A DNA stretch of 64,000 nucleotides from Bacteroidaceae bacterium (GTDB lineage Bacteria > Bacteroidota > Bacteroidia > Bacteroidales > Bacteroidaceae). Under the pieces are notes generated by a model. It was not told the origin of the DNA, did no database searches, and saw nothing but the letters and a program-made list of their open reading frames with translations. A program made the position numbers and the translations under genes. Below are positions 45,801 through 54,767 of this stretch, piece by piece (the stretch's first letter is position 1; the number at the start of each line of letters is the position of its first letter). The stretch spans positions 12,860 to 76,859 of the forward strand of contig JAVBMN010000020.1 of assembly GCA_031552405.1 (NCBI GenBank). Reading direction: 5' to 3'.

Positions 45801-46877
45801 GTTCAGACCACCCCCATACGTGCCTATCCATATATTCCCGAAAGAGTCCTGAAACAGGGAAGTGACGGAGGAATTGGATAGTCCGGTAGGAAGATCACTG
45901 GCTAGTATATTCTGGAAGCGGACCTCCTCCGGCGATGACAACATGCACTGGCGGATGTCCAGTATACTGACTCCCCCGCGCAAGGTTCCTATCCACAAAT
46001 CTTTCTGATTGACCTCCTGGATACAATATACATTAGGTTCTGGCAGGCTGTACGGATTGCCCGGTTCATGGTTAAAGACTGTAAAACGATCCTCCCCAGG
46101 GCGATATAATGCCAGGCCACCTGATGTGGCTAACCAGACATTTCTCCAAGAGTCGATACAAATTTGAAACACCCGATTGGAGGGCAGGCTGTGCGGATCA
46201 TCCGGGTTGCGCTCAAAATGCTTTACTTTTCCGTCTTTCAGCGAAACCACACTCAGCCCCTCGTTCACATGACCGATGTACAGCGTTCCCTTCCCATCAT
46301 CGGCCACGCTCCATATATTATGGTCTTTCAACGCCGGAAGGCGGGATTCGTCATAATGAATGATGGTGTTTGAACGCACGTTTAGCTTCTTCAAACCATT
46401 GTTATAAGTACCAATCCACAGGTTGCCGTCCGCAGCCAGGCACAAGTCGGTAATACCATTTGCTCCTGTTCCATTGGGATATTCTGTTGATATCGGATAA
46501 TGCGTAAAGGTCTGCGTAGCGCAATCAAACGCATTTAGTCCGCTGCGTTGCGTAGCAATCCATATCTTATTGTGGTGCTTGTCTGCAAGCACCTTGTTCA
46601 GACCGTTACTATTTATTGTATTGCTATCCACCGGATGAGTCTTATACACCCTGAAATGGCTTCCATCAAACCGGTTCAGACCCCATTCAGTGGCAAACCA
46701 AAGAAATCCATCCCGGTCTTGTGTGATACTCTTTATATAATTACATGATAGTCCACGTTCAAGACCTATCTTCTCAATTGAATAAGAAGAGGACGATTCT
46801 GCACAAACAGGAAGCCCTGCCATTACAAAAAAGAACGCTACTACCATCCGGTATTTATACATCGTTACCCACTTCAT
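42819..46877 (-). CDS. Hybrid two-component system sensor/regulator HTCS-1
   Basis: 1352 aa with the same architecture as HTCS-2. Only 36 nt separate its stop from the HTCS-2 start. Confidence 0.9.
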   Translation of the reverse strand: MKWVTMYKYRMVVAFFFVMAGLPVCAESSSSYSIEKIGLERGLSCNYIKSITQDRDGFLWFATEWGLNRFDGSHFRVYKTHPVDSNTINSNGLNKVLADKHHNKIWIATQRSGLNAFDCATQTFTHYPISTEYPNGTGANGITDLCLAADGNLWIGTYNNGLKKLNVRSNTIIHYDESRLPALKDHNIWSVADDGKGTLYIGHVNEGLSVVSLKDGKVKHFERNPDDPHSLPSNRVFQICIDSWRNVWLATSGGLALYRPGEDRFTVFNHEPGNPYSLPEPNVYCIQEVNQKDLWIGTLRGGVSILDIRQCMLSSPEEVRFQNILASDLPTGLSNSSVTSLFQDSFGNIWIGTYGGGLNFVSHRKSFFHTITYSSVKGDTNGLSGKSVQAVCVDQDQQVWVVTDAGINLYKNGKKQKTFSKETGNLPGNGVLSALCDSRGSVWLGTLAGGVLRYNPRNERFEPVKLTGNRSLEGYVNCLYEDKDHNVWVGTNYGVIKYNPDSGEVRALDGDKIGIWNNLIQSISQDADGNMWIGTQISGISIITPDFAPVRVLDMNRGFPSNGISHLFRDSGGRMWVATRDGAVRLDPGDHYQKLHLLNQKDGIADDYIRAVAEGLPGEMWMTTNSGISRYSLHNKRFDNYAHSDHIPLGFFMNASVAKGADGTLYFGSQDGLCYVNAGERLAKREFPNVRVTAFTYYETENPGGESAVSVSLIPRVSLKHNQNTFTVEFNVMDYALNGQVEYQYRLDGMDEAWRSANGQNQITFRNVPPGSYTFTVKSRIRNQEWSQQTASMQIEVLPPFWLSWWAKTLYYILVFGVIFLLARFYKRKLNLESLLYLEKENHRKEQELNDEKLRFYTNVAHELRTPLTLIIGPLGDLLEDHAQQPEQNKKISLIYRSATRLSNLINQILEFRRSETNNRVLRVRYGDMSLLMRDIGLKYKELNQNKQVVVNLLPEAAYTELYYDPEVITIILDNLISNALKYTEEGEITIRLRNVTADDSEYTELVVSDTGRGIPAAQLEKIFDRYYQVQGEYQAAGSGIGLALVKNMVQLHQGTITVESSEGEGTSFYVRLRREYTYPEALHVEESKLLTEKKESSAPRLLIVEDNKEILEYITGLFEKTFDIYTAENGQAGMETAFEQIPDLIISDIMMPVMDGISLCKAVKEDVRTCHIPVILLTAKDSMQDKAEGYSIGADSYLTKPFTAQLLRNRVDNLLESRKKLATAFSTGMKEEQLVEDAFCQQDREFIEKVTSLIKENIESEQLNIIFLADRLFMSESTFYRKVKALTGMSGTELIRKVRIKEAEQMMHSSEMPISEIALRAGFNSMAYFRQSFKAEYGALPSDYIRKLKGR

Positions 46878-46921
46878 CCCGCTACCTGTTTCATTTTACA
46901 AATAAATATTCATTCACTTCC

Positions 46922-46929
46922 CAAAGTTA
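46922..46929 (-). promoter_or_regulatory. -7 box (TAACTTTG) for the HTCS-1/HTCS-2 operon
   Basis: Minus-strand TAnnTTTG, about 45 nt upstream of ATG 46877. Confidence 0.45.
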
Positions 46930-47058
46930 ATATGATTCATTCACTTCACGACCCACTTTTGCTATCTATTTACTGCATCTTCCCCGCTATCAGGAATTTT
47001 GAAGCCGAAGAGTCTTTCTTTGAAGGGAGAGAGTCCCTCCTGTACTTCAGTACTGCCC

Positions 47059-47066
47059 TATCTTTG
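47059..47066 (+). promoter_or_regulatory. -7 box (TATCTTTG) for A2, implying a ~275-nt leader
   Basis: TAnnTTTG upstream of the conserved leader block 47126..47343. Confidence 0.45.
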
Positions 47067-47343
47067 CAACATCCTACAAATGAACGGATAAATTATACAA
47101 AACCTTAACCCTTTAAAATGTATCTGCATGAGAAAATGTAACCTTATTATCCCACTCCTTTCATAAGATTCCCCTTGCGGGACTTTTTTTGCACGGCATC
47201 CGTGTACGATAACAGCAATTAGCTAAACAAATTATTCGCGTTTATTCCCCATTTTATCCTGTCGTCATTTTTAACAAGAATCAAAGATATGGCATTCTTT
47301 TAAACTTACGACTCTTTTACTCACCTTTTTAATAACGATCAAA

Positions 47344-49794
47344 ATGAAAAGTAAATTACTTATGTTCCTTGCGGCTTTGACCGTAAGCGCCTTTGCCACA
47401 ACGGCACAGGCACAGAATGTGACTCCGTATTTACCGATGCAAAACGATTTCGGTGGAACGGCAGTTACCAACCTCGCAACTTTTGAGCCTTCGCTCAATC
47501 AGTTTACCCTTGAAGTAACAGCAAGTGCAGTGGGTACACCCGTAAGCATTGGCATGCTGAGTATTACTTACACGCCGACAACCTCTACTGAGGTACGCTT
47601 TGTACTTTACAAAGGTAAGGTGTATATTTACGAAGGTGGCGAATATAAAGAAACGCAAACACCTGCTGGCAATCTTCTTCTGAATCCGGGTTTTGAATTG
47701 GGCACTACTGTTGGTGCAGGAACCAACAACTGGAATGCCTACGATGCTACCCCAACTCTTAGTTGGAACAATACTACTGGTGCTGGCTCTGTTAGAAACA
47801 CAGAAGGTTCTATAAAATCAGGTACTTACAGTTTGTTAATGCGCGACCCATTTGTATATCTAACACAAAATTTGCCAGCAGGAAAGATTAAGCCAAACAC
47901 TAATTACAAAGTGGCATATTATGCGCGTATGTTTGATAACAACCGAGCAATTGCCACTTACCAATTAGAACTGGGAAGTACCGAACGGGGAGTGGATTAT
48001 GGTACAGTAGTTGCGCACACATCAACCAACGCAACATATACAGAAGTTATCCGCTATATCCAAACCAATGATTTGGTTAATGAAAGTGAGGACGTTTGGT
48101 TTTGCCTGCATCGTACAACTAAGACAAGGAATGATGCCTACGATTGGGTCGACGATTTTTCATTAGTGGCAATTGGTATCTCCGGCGCAGCTTCGGCACA
48201 GTATGCTGCCGATGTAGTGGCGGCTCCGGAAGGAACTACACCCAACTATACTGTAGGTGATGTACTTGACATGTATCCTCACTTCCTAATCAATCCTGAA
48301 TTTGATCTTTATACAGGAACTGGCAACAATGTGTCCTATACAGGTTGGAGCAATACAGTAGGTGCACAACAAACCAAATTAAGCACTGGTGCAAAAGGAA
48401 ATCCAATTGTAATTGAAGCAGCTCCTAACAATCATTGGCAATTATGGAGCGGTAATGCGATGAAAGGTAAAATATCTCAAGGAATTTCGAATCTTCCAAA
48501 TGGGAAATACAAGGTTAGCGCTGCCATTGTTGCAACGAGCCTAACAACGATATCCATATATGCAAATGAAGGACGGAAAACTATTGGAAATAACGGATTT
48601 CATGAAACCACAGGAATAGTGATTGACGGAACCCTAGAAATTGGTTTAGATATCAATTTATCAGCAGGGCAAACTGTTGACTTCGACCACTTCTCTTTAC
48701 ATTATCTTGGTCCTAATTATACTACATTTAATAACGGAGCAGCTGCCGTGACCGGTGAAATCACTCCATCTATTGTAACAGAACTTGGAGCTGCTGGCAT
48801 TACCTCTGTAGATCTTACTAATGCCACCGCTACCGGCGCTGTGATACTAACCTTTGACAATCCTAATACCTTGGTATATAATGTACCCGAAAATGTGACA
48901 ACCAATGGTATTGAAATATCTAACGGTGCATTTGTGGGTGAACCCAGCCTGACCGACCTGAAACCTTTTGCTGCTGCAAACGGCATTACCGGTGCAATAT
49001 CCTACCAACGCGCCTTCACCGGAGTTGCCAATGGAGCAACCGGAGGATGGGAAGTTTTCAACGTGCCGTTTAAGGTAACCAGCGTAAAAGCCACCATCAA
49101 TGGTACAGAGTACGACTACCTGCCTTATACAGAGTGGTATGCTGCGGATGATGCCACAGTGGAAGGCAAAGGATTTTTCTGGATTAAGAAGGCCACCTCA
49201 GGTAGCAATGCAATCAGCACCAGTGTAGAGAATCTTTCGGCAATGGAAGCCAATGAGCCGTATCTCATCGCGTTTCCGAAGACAACTATTGAAGGACATC
49301 CACAGTTTAATGTAAATGGTGAAACCTTTACTTTCAGTGGAAACGGTGTAGAGGCTACCATTACTCTTCAGCCCACACAGGCCGGTAATTTCAATTTCCT
49401 CCAAAGCTATCTGGGAGGTACTGTTCAGAATGCATATCTGCTGAATGCTGCGGGTGATGCATTTGTAAAAGAGGCAGATGCAACAGTTATTCCTTTCCGT
49501 CCTTTCGTGACATTTGGTAATCCAGTGGGTGTAGCTCCTTCGCAATTCCTTATCAATGGGAATAACGATGTGACTAATATCGAAGAAGTGAAGGCACGCC
49601 TGGCTGCTGCTAAGATGATTATTACTACGGTTGAGAACGGAGTAACTATCTACTCGGAAAATGAAGGCACGGTATTGGTGTATGACCTGAATGGTGCATT
49701 AGTGAAAAGCGTAGCTATCAGCAATGGTGAGAACTTCGTATCCCTCCCTGCCGGTACATACGTCATCAACAATAAGACAGTTATCGTAAAGTAA
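47344..49794 (+). CDS. Secreted modular protein A2, a shorter paralog of A1
   Basis: The N-terminal ~110 aa and the C-terminal ~350 aa are near-identical to A1. It lacks the ~320 aa central insertion of A1 and has the same VLVYDLNGALVKS...NNKTVIVK tail. Confidence 0.75.
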   Translation: MKSKLLMFLAALTVSAFATTAQAQNVTPYLPMQNDFGGTAVTNLATFEPSLNQFTLEVTASAVGTPVSIGMLSITYTPTTSTEVRFVLYKGKVYIYEGGEYKETQTPAGNLLLNPGFELGTTVGAGTNNWNAYDATPTLSWNNTTGAGSVRNTEGSIKSGTYSLLMRDPFVYLTQNLPAGKIKPNTNYKVAYYARMFDNNRAIATYQLELGSTERGVDYGTVVAHTSTNATYTEVIRYIQTNDLVNESEDVWFCLHRTTKTRNDAYDWVDDFSLVAIGISGAASAQYAADVVAAPEGTTPNYTVGDVLDMYPHFLINPEFDLYTGTGNNVSYTGWSNTVGAQQTKLSTGAKGNPIVIEAAPNNHWQLWSGNAMKGKISQGISNLPNGKYKVSAAIVATSLTTISIYANEGRKTIGNNGFHETTGIVIDGTLEIGLDINLSAGQTVDFDHFSLHYLGPNYTTFNNGAAAVTGEITPSIVTELGAAGITSVDLTNATATGAVILTFDNPNTLVYNVPENVTTNGIEISNGAFVGEPSLTDLKPFAAANGITGAISYQRAFTGVANGATGGWEVFNVPFKVTSVKATINGTEYDYLPYTEWYAADDATVEGKGFFWIKKATSGSNAISTSVENLSAMEANEPYLIAFPKTTIEGHPQFNVNGETFTFSGNGVEATITLQPTQAGNFNFLQSYLGGTVQNAYLLNAAGDAFVKEADATVIPFRPFVTFGNPVGVAPSQFLINGNNDVTNIEEVKARLAAAKMIITTVENGVTIYSENEGTVLVYDLNGALVKSVAISNGENFVSLPAGTYVINNKTVIVK

Positions 49795-49813
49795 CCCCTT
49801 AAAAACAAGTAAA

Positions 49814-49996
49814 ATGAAAACAAAGAAAGAATATAATCGCCCTCAGATAGAGGTTATTGAACTAGTGCTCGAAGAAACAATAGTTACCGCCTCTAGTGTG
49901 AAGTCGCAATTTTCGGCTGACAAAGAGGGAGTAGGACTCCAAGAAACCAATTCCTTCTGGAATAAAAACAACTTTCTGGATCGAAGTGATGAATAA
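49814..49996 (+). CDS. Conserved small acidic protein (60 aa), paralog of 27736..27915
   Basis: MKTKKEYNRPQIEVIELVLEE... It starts 19 nt after the A2 stop. See the paralog entry for the synonymous-change argument. Confidence 0.6.
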   Translation: MKTKKEYNRPQIEVIELVLEETIVTASSVKSQFSADKEGVGLQETNSFWNKNNFLDRSDE

Positions 49997-50043
49997 CTGA
50001 AACAGTTACTGTTTCGTATAGTTACAAAACAGTAATGTAATAA

Positions 50044-50167
50044 GATCCGCATCTCCTCTCTCCTTCCTTTTAGTTTAGTTCGCACGACAGATGACTTTCC
50101 ACTCAAATGAAGAAATATAGTAAATCTACACAAAATAGTAAGGAGAAGGGGAGATGCGGATCTTTTT
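50044..50167 (+). terminator. Long-range hairpin plus T5 after the A2 small ORF
   Basis: gatccgcatctcc at 50044 pairs with ggagatgcggatc at 50150..50162, then ttttt follows. The loop is about 78 nt. Confidence 0.45.
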
Positions 50168-50256
50168 CAAGTTGCAGTGCCCTATTCACAGGCACTTTGA
50201 TTCCATAGCATCCTTTTTTGACGGTGGAGCATTCCCCCTTTCATCTCCTCCCGCTC

Positions 50257-50264
50257 TATCTTTG
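50257..50264 (+). promoter_or_regulatory. -7 box (TATCTTTG) for protein C
   Basis: TAnnTTTG, about 108 nt upstream of ATG 50373. Confidence 0.5.
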
Positions 50265-50372
50265 TACCATTCGGCATAGTGAGATAACGAAGCGGATTAT
50301 GCCATCTATCAAAAGATAGTATACCTAACCAAAAATAAATAAAATGAGTACTTACCATTCAAAAACGTTATT

Positions 50373-53177
50373 ATGAAAAAAACAAAGTTATTCTTTTTAC
50401 TTGCCGTCCTGGCAGCATGGTGCAACCTTGCCCCGCTGCATGCGGCCGCGATTCCTTACCTGCCGGTAAAGGCGAATCTGGAAGGAAGCACAATTGACCT
50501 AGCCGCCTTCGAACTGCCTGTCGGCGATTTCAGTATGGACATCCAGTGCAATGCCGGAGCCGGCATTTCCATTTGTGGCGTATATGAATACACCGCCGAA
50601 GGAACCAGCCTGCGTATTGCCAGAAAGAACGGGACAGTGGTAGTATACGAAGGAAACGCGTATAAAGCCACATTAACTTCCGCCCTCACTCCCATTGCCG
50701 GTATTACCAATGCTACTTCGGCCACGTTCCTTGACGGAGCTGCCTACGGCCAGCAGGTTACATTGGGTGTAGAGGATTATTGGGATATGACCCTGTATGT
50801 AATAAACCCAGAGTTCGATAATGGAACAATGGTGAACAAAGCCCCTACAGGTTGGATACAAACCACTTCTGCGAGCACCTCTAAAATTAGTACAGCGGCA
50901 AAAGGAGACGGTTCCGTGATCTTTGATGGCCAAAATCACTGGCAGATCTGGAATGGGGGTGGTCTTACCGGAAAGGCTTACCAGGTTATTGCCGGATTGC
51001 CCTTAGGTAAGTATACATTCAAAGCAGGCCTGTATGCAGCTATTGCCGGTCCCGTGCATCTATATGCCAACAGTAGCCGCATTGAAGTGACGAATGACTC
51101 TTCGGCCATTTACGAAGTAGAAGCCATTGTAGTAGACGGTACACTGGAAATAGGTATGGACATTGCCACCACCGGAGGTACCACGCTGGAATTTGACCAC
51201 ATCACACTGGAATATTACGGCGCCGACATGAGTGCAGTAATCAAATCCTTTCAGGAACTTGTGGAAGCAGCCCAGGCAAGCGCAGCCCAGCACATGAACG
51301 TAACGGTGAAGTCTAAACTGAATGCCGCCATCTCAGCAACAGAAACCATCCTGCAGAACCCCACGGAGGAAGCTATCGTACAGGCATCCCCCATACTTAA
51401 ACTGGCCAATGACACTGCGAAACTATCCATTACCGAATATACGAAGTTCAAGGCAGCCATTGACACTTCCGAGGTACACATGGCCATTCATACTGGTCTG
51501 TCTGGGTTTGCCGCATATTCTACTGTATATAATAACACAAAAGCTGCATACAATGCTGCACAGATACAAGGTGATTCCATAAACAGCTTGATCTCTGCAT
51601 TGACAGTGGCAGAAGTGGCCTGCCTCCTGACTCAGGAAGCTCCGTATGATGCTACGTTCGTCATTGTAAACCCCAGCTTTGAAAACTCTGACAGCTACAA
51701 GGGTTGGGTAAACAACGGAATGCAGACGCAAAGTAACGCTTCTTTTGAACTGAAAGTAGGAAACCGTTATGTAGAGAAATGGATTGGTGATGGAAACATG
51801 CTTGCCGATGCCAGTATTACCCAAACCATCCGCAACCTCCCCAACGGTGCTTATGAACTGACCATCGTAGGTTTCTGTACCCAAGGCGGACTTGGTGCTG
51901 AAGGCGGATTCCTTTTTGCCAACAAAGGAAAAACACAGATGGGCGAAGCGGGCGAATATACTGTAGAAGCTGTAGTTATGGACAATACACTCACCTTTGG
52001 TATCAAAACAGAGAGTTGCACAGGCAACTGGATTGCTGCCGACAACTTCCAACTCCGATTCATTGGTTATAATCTCTCGGTAGCTGTTGCCACATTGCAG
52101 GAAATGATTACTGAAGCAGGAAATCTCTATAGTAGCGGAAGCCCTATGTCACAAAGTGCACTTGATGCACTGGAAACGGCCATAAGCACAGCAAACGATG
52201 CGTGCAGCGCTCCTACGGAAGAAGGCATCAAGGCGGCTTCAACCGCCCTAAGCACAGCAATGGATAACGTGGAAACATCCATCCAACAGTACGCCAACCT
52301 GGTAGCTGAGCTCGACAGACTTGCCGATCTCTGCGACAACGGCGCCGAACTGTACCCTGATGGACACGAAGCTTTTGTAAATGTGTATTTTGAAGTAGCC
52401 GAGCAGTTTGGTGAAGGAGCGTATGACTCAGAAGGTGTCACCGCAGCCATCAAGCAACTGAAAGAGGCTGAGTTTAGCTGCTACCTGTCTTCTACTCCTC
52501 CCATCGATGCGACTTTCATCCTGAAAAACCCGAGCTTCGAAGATGGCAATGCCAGCTGGACTGTAAAATCAGGTGTACTCAGCACCAGTTCTGCAAACTG
52601 CATAGACGGTTTGAAAGCTGGTAACACCTGGAATGCCACCTATAGAGATACTGACTTCTATCAGGAAATCAGCCTGCCCGCAGGAGAGTATGAACTGACT
52701 GCTGTGATGCGTGTAGGTGTTGTGACCAATCAGTACATCTATGCAGAAATCGGAGATCAGAGATCCAAATCTCAACCCGTAGAATTCGCCGGAAACTGGG
52801 GTGAAGCAGGCGATTTAAGCGCCTGGAACGATATGTCACTAGCCTTTACAGTACCCAGTAGCGGCACCGTACGCATCGGAGCAGCCTGTGAATTGGGCGA
52901 TTTTAGTGGAGACGCCTATTTCCAGATTGACAACTTCCGCCTGACTCTCATTGATAAGCTTTCTTCTACAGAAACGATACAAGAGGATGATCACTCACTC
53001 CGCGTAGCCGGAAGCAAGGGTGGCGTATATGTGACAAGCCCCGCAAGCTGCACAATCGCAATCCATGCCATAGACGGAGTGTTGCTAAAAACTCTGGAGA
53101 TCAGCGAAGGCGAAACCTTCATCGACCTGCCACAAGGCACATACCTGATCGGTGGCAAGATAGCTATCGTCTTATAA
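50373..53177 (+). CDS. Secreted modular protein C; no catalytic domain recognised
   Basis: Signal peptide, then AIPYLPVKANLEG. Modules begin VINPEFDNG...NHWQIWNGG, IVNPSFENSD and ILKNPSFEDGN. The tail is AIHAIDGVLLKTLEISEGETFIDLPQGTYLIGGKIAIVL. Confidence 0.75.
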   Translation: MKKTKLFFLLAVLAAWCNLAPLHAAAIPYLPVKANLEGSTIDLAAFELPVGDFSMDIQCNAGAGISICGVYEYTAEGTSLRIARKNGTVVVYEGNAYKATLTSALTPIAGITNATSATFLDGAAYGQQVTLGVEDYWDMTLYVINPEFDNGTMVNKAPTGWIQTTSASTSKISTAAKGDGSVIFDGQNHWQIWNGGGLTGKAYQVIAGLPLGKYTFKAGLYAAIAGPVHLYANSSRIEVTNDSSAIYEVEAIVVDGTLEIGMDIATTGGTTLEFDHITLEYYGADMSAVIKSFQELVEAAQASAAQHMNVTVKSKLNAAISATETILQNPTEEAIVQASPILKLANDTAKLSITEYTKFKAAIDTSEVHMAIHTGLSGFAAYSTVYNNTKAAYNAAQIQGDSINSLISALTVAEVACLLTQEAPYDATFVIVNPSFENSDSYKGWVNNGMQTQSNASFELKVGNRYVEKWIGDGNMLADASITQTIRNLPNGAYELTIVGFCTQGGLGAEGGFLFANKGKTQMGEAGEYTVEAVVMDNTLTFGIKTESCTGNWIAADNFQLRFIGYNLSVAVATLQEMITEAGNLYSSGSPMSQSALDALETAISTANDACSAPTEEGIKAASTALSTAMDNVETSIQQYANLVAELDRLADLCDNGAELYPDGHEAFVNVYFEVAEQFGEGAYDSEGVTAAIKQLKEAEFSCYLSSTPPIDATFILKNPSFEDGNASWTVKSGVLSTSSANCIDGLKAGNTWNATYRDTDFYQEISLPAGEYELTAVMRVGVVTNQYIYAEIGDQRSKSQPVEFAGNWGEAGDLSAWNDMSLAFTVPSSGTVRIGAACELGDFSGDAYFQIDNFRLTLIDKLSSTETIQEDDHSLRVAGSKGGVYVTSPASCTIAIHAIDGVLLKTLEISEGETFIDLPQGTYLIGGKIAIVL

Positions 53178-53186
53178 ATGTAATCC

Positions 53187-53233
53187 GCATCTCCTCTCTC
53201 CTGAAAGAACAAGGAGAGAGGAGATGCATTTTT
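53187..53233 (+). terminator. Strong rho-independent terminator after protein C
   Basis: 16-bp perfect stem gcatctcctctctcct / aggagagaggagatgc with an 8-9 nt loop, followed by attttt. Confidence 0.75.
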
Positions 53234-53294
53234 CCAGCAGCGGTTAAACTCAACAAAAGAAAGCGTACTGTGCCCGCACACGAATGATTATTCC

Positions 53295-53302
53295 TATATT
53301 TG
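53295..53302 (+). promoter_or_regulatory. -7 box (TATATTTG) for the GH43 / CE12 / protein D operon
   Basis: TAnnTTTG, 49 nt upstream of ATG 53352. The downstream intergenic gaps are only 30 and 38 nt. Confidence 0.55.
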
Positions 53303-53351
53303 TATGCCATCCCATACAAGGCCATTTAACCACATTAAACCACTTTATTTT

Positions 53352-54737
53352 ATGAAATATTGGATATTACTTTGCAGCATTCTCATTTGTACAGGAAGCC
53401 AAGCTAAATCAGGTTCTACTACAAACAAGACCGTTTACAACGGTATTCCCTGGTTTGATGACCGGGGCAATATAGTAAATGCCCACGGAGCATGTATCGT
53501 AGAGGACAACGGGCGATACTACCTGTTTGGCGAATGGAAATCGGACAAGAGCAATGCCTTTCCGGGATTCAGTTGCTATTCCTCCGATGACCTGGTACAC
53601 TGGAAGTTTGAGAATGTAGTGCTCCCACTCCAGACCGACGGGCTGCTGGGCCCCAACCGGGTGGGCGAACGCGTCAAAGTAATGAAATGCCCCTCCACTG
53701 GGGAATATGTGATGTACATGCACACAGATGATATGGGATACATGGATCCGCACATTGGCTATGCCACCTGTAAAACCATTGCAGGCAATTACGAATTCCA
53801 AGGGCCGCTGTTGCATCAGGGCAAACCTATCAACCGTTGGGATATGGGTACATTCCAGGATAATGACGGAACCGGTTATCTGCTGATTCATCACGGCATT
53901 ATCTACCGGCTTAGCAAAGACTACCGTTCTGCCGAGGCCAAAGTAATTGACCACATGCCCGGCTCAGGTGAATCGCCTGCCATGTTTAGGAAGAACGGGC
54001 TGTATTACCTGCTTTACTCCGCTCTCACCAGTTGGGAGAAGAATGATAACTTCTACTTCACAGCACCCAAGATAGAAGGCCCCTGGACGCGCCAAGGGCT
54101 GTTTGCCCCTGAAGGCTCGCTAACCTACAACTCGCAGACTACTTTTGTGCTCCCGTTGGTGCGTGACAATGATACGATCCCCATGTTTATGGGCGACCGC
54201 TGGTCGTACCCCCACCAAGCCTCAGCCGCTACGTATGTATGGCTACCCATACAAGTGGAGGGAACAAAATTATCCATCCCCGAATACTGGGAATGCTGGG
54301 ATCTCAATCAGGCAAAGCAAGTAACCCCTCTGAAGGGCGCAACCGCTATCCCGGCCAAACAGATAAAGCCCAATAACTCGGCAGACTGGAAAGCTGAGAA
54401 CAATCAGCTAACCTGCAATACACAGGGAAGTTTTCTGGAGATCCCTTTCAAAGGCACCCAAATCGCATTCACCGGTGAAACCAATTCTAAGAGCGGATAC
54501 GCCAGAGTGGTTATCATTAACAAAGACCAAAAGGAGGTACATTCTTCTTTGGTAGACTTCTATAGCAAAGAGCCCAATCATGCAGTTCGCTTTATCAGCC
54601 CCCGCCTTACAGAAGGCACCTACACGCTGAAGATTGAAGTAACCGGTATCTCACCCGTATGGACGGATAAAAGCAAAGCACGCTACGGAAGCACGGATTG
54701 CTTTGTAACTATACACAAGGCGTTTCACTTCCTCTAA
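53352..54737 (+). CDS. GH43 enzyme (same propeller type as B1/B2) with C-terminal beta-sandwich; probable lipoprotein or periplasmic enzyme, no T9SS tail
   Basis: NAHGACIVEDNGRYYLFGE, SSDDLVHWKF, DMGTFQDNDGTGYLL and GESPAMFRKNGLYYLLYS parallel the B1/B2 catalytic blocks. Start trimmed to MKYWILLCSILICTGS, with a -7 box at 53295..53302. Confidence 0.75.
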   Translation: MKYWILLCSILICTGSQAKSGSTTNKTVYNGIPWFDDRGNIVNAHGACIVEDNGRYYLFGEWKSDKSNAFPGFSCYSSDDLVHWKFENVVLPLQTDGLLGPNRVGERVKVMKCPSTGEYVMYMHTDDMGYMDPHIGYATCKTIAGNYEFQGPLLHQGKPINRWDMGTFQDNDGTGYLLIHHGIIYRLSKDYRSAEAKVIDHMPGSGESPAMFRKNGLYYLLYSALTSWEKNDNFYFTAPKIEGPWTRQGLFAPEGSLTYNSQTTFVLPLVRDNDTIPMFMGDRWSYPHQASAATYVWLPIQVEGTKLSIPEYWECWDLNQAKQVTPLKGATAIPAKQIKPNNSADWKAENNQLTCNTQGSFLEIPFKGTQIAFTGETNSKSGYARVVIINKDQKEVHSSLVDFYSKEPNHAVRFISPRLTEGTYTLKIEVTGISPVWTDKSKARYGSTDCFVTIHKAFHFL

Positions 54738-54767
54738 TTTCATTAAATCCATTTTAGACTATAACCC

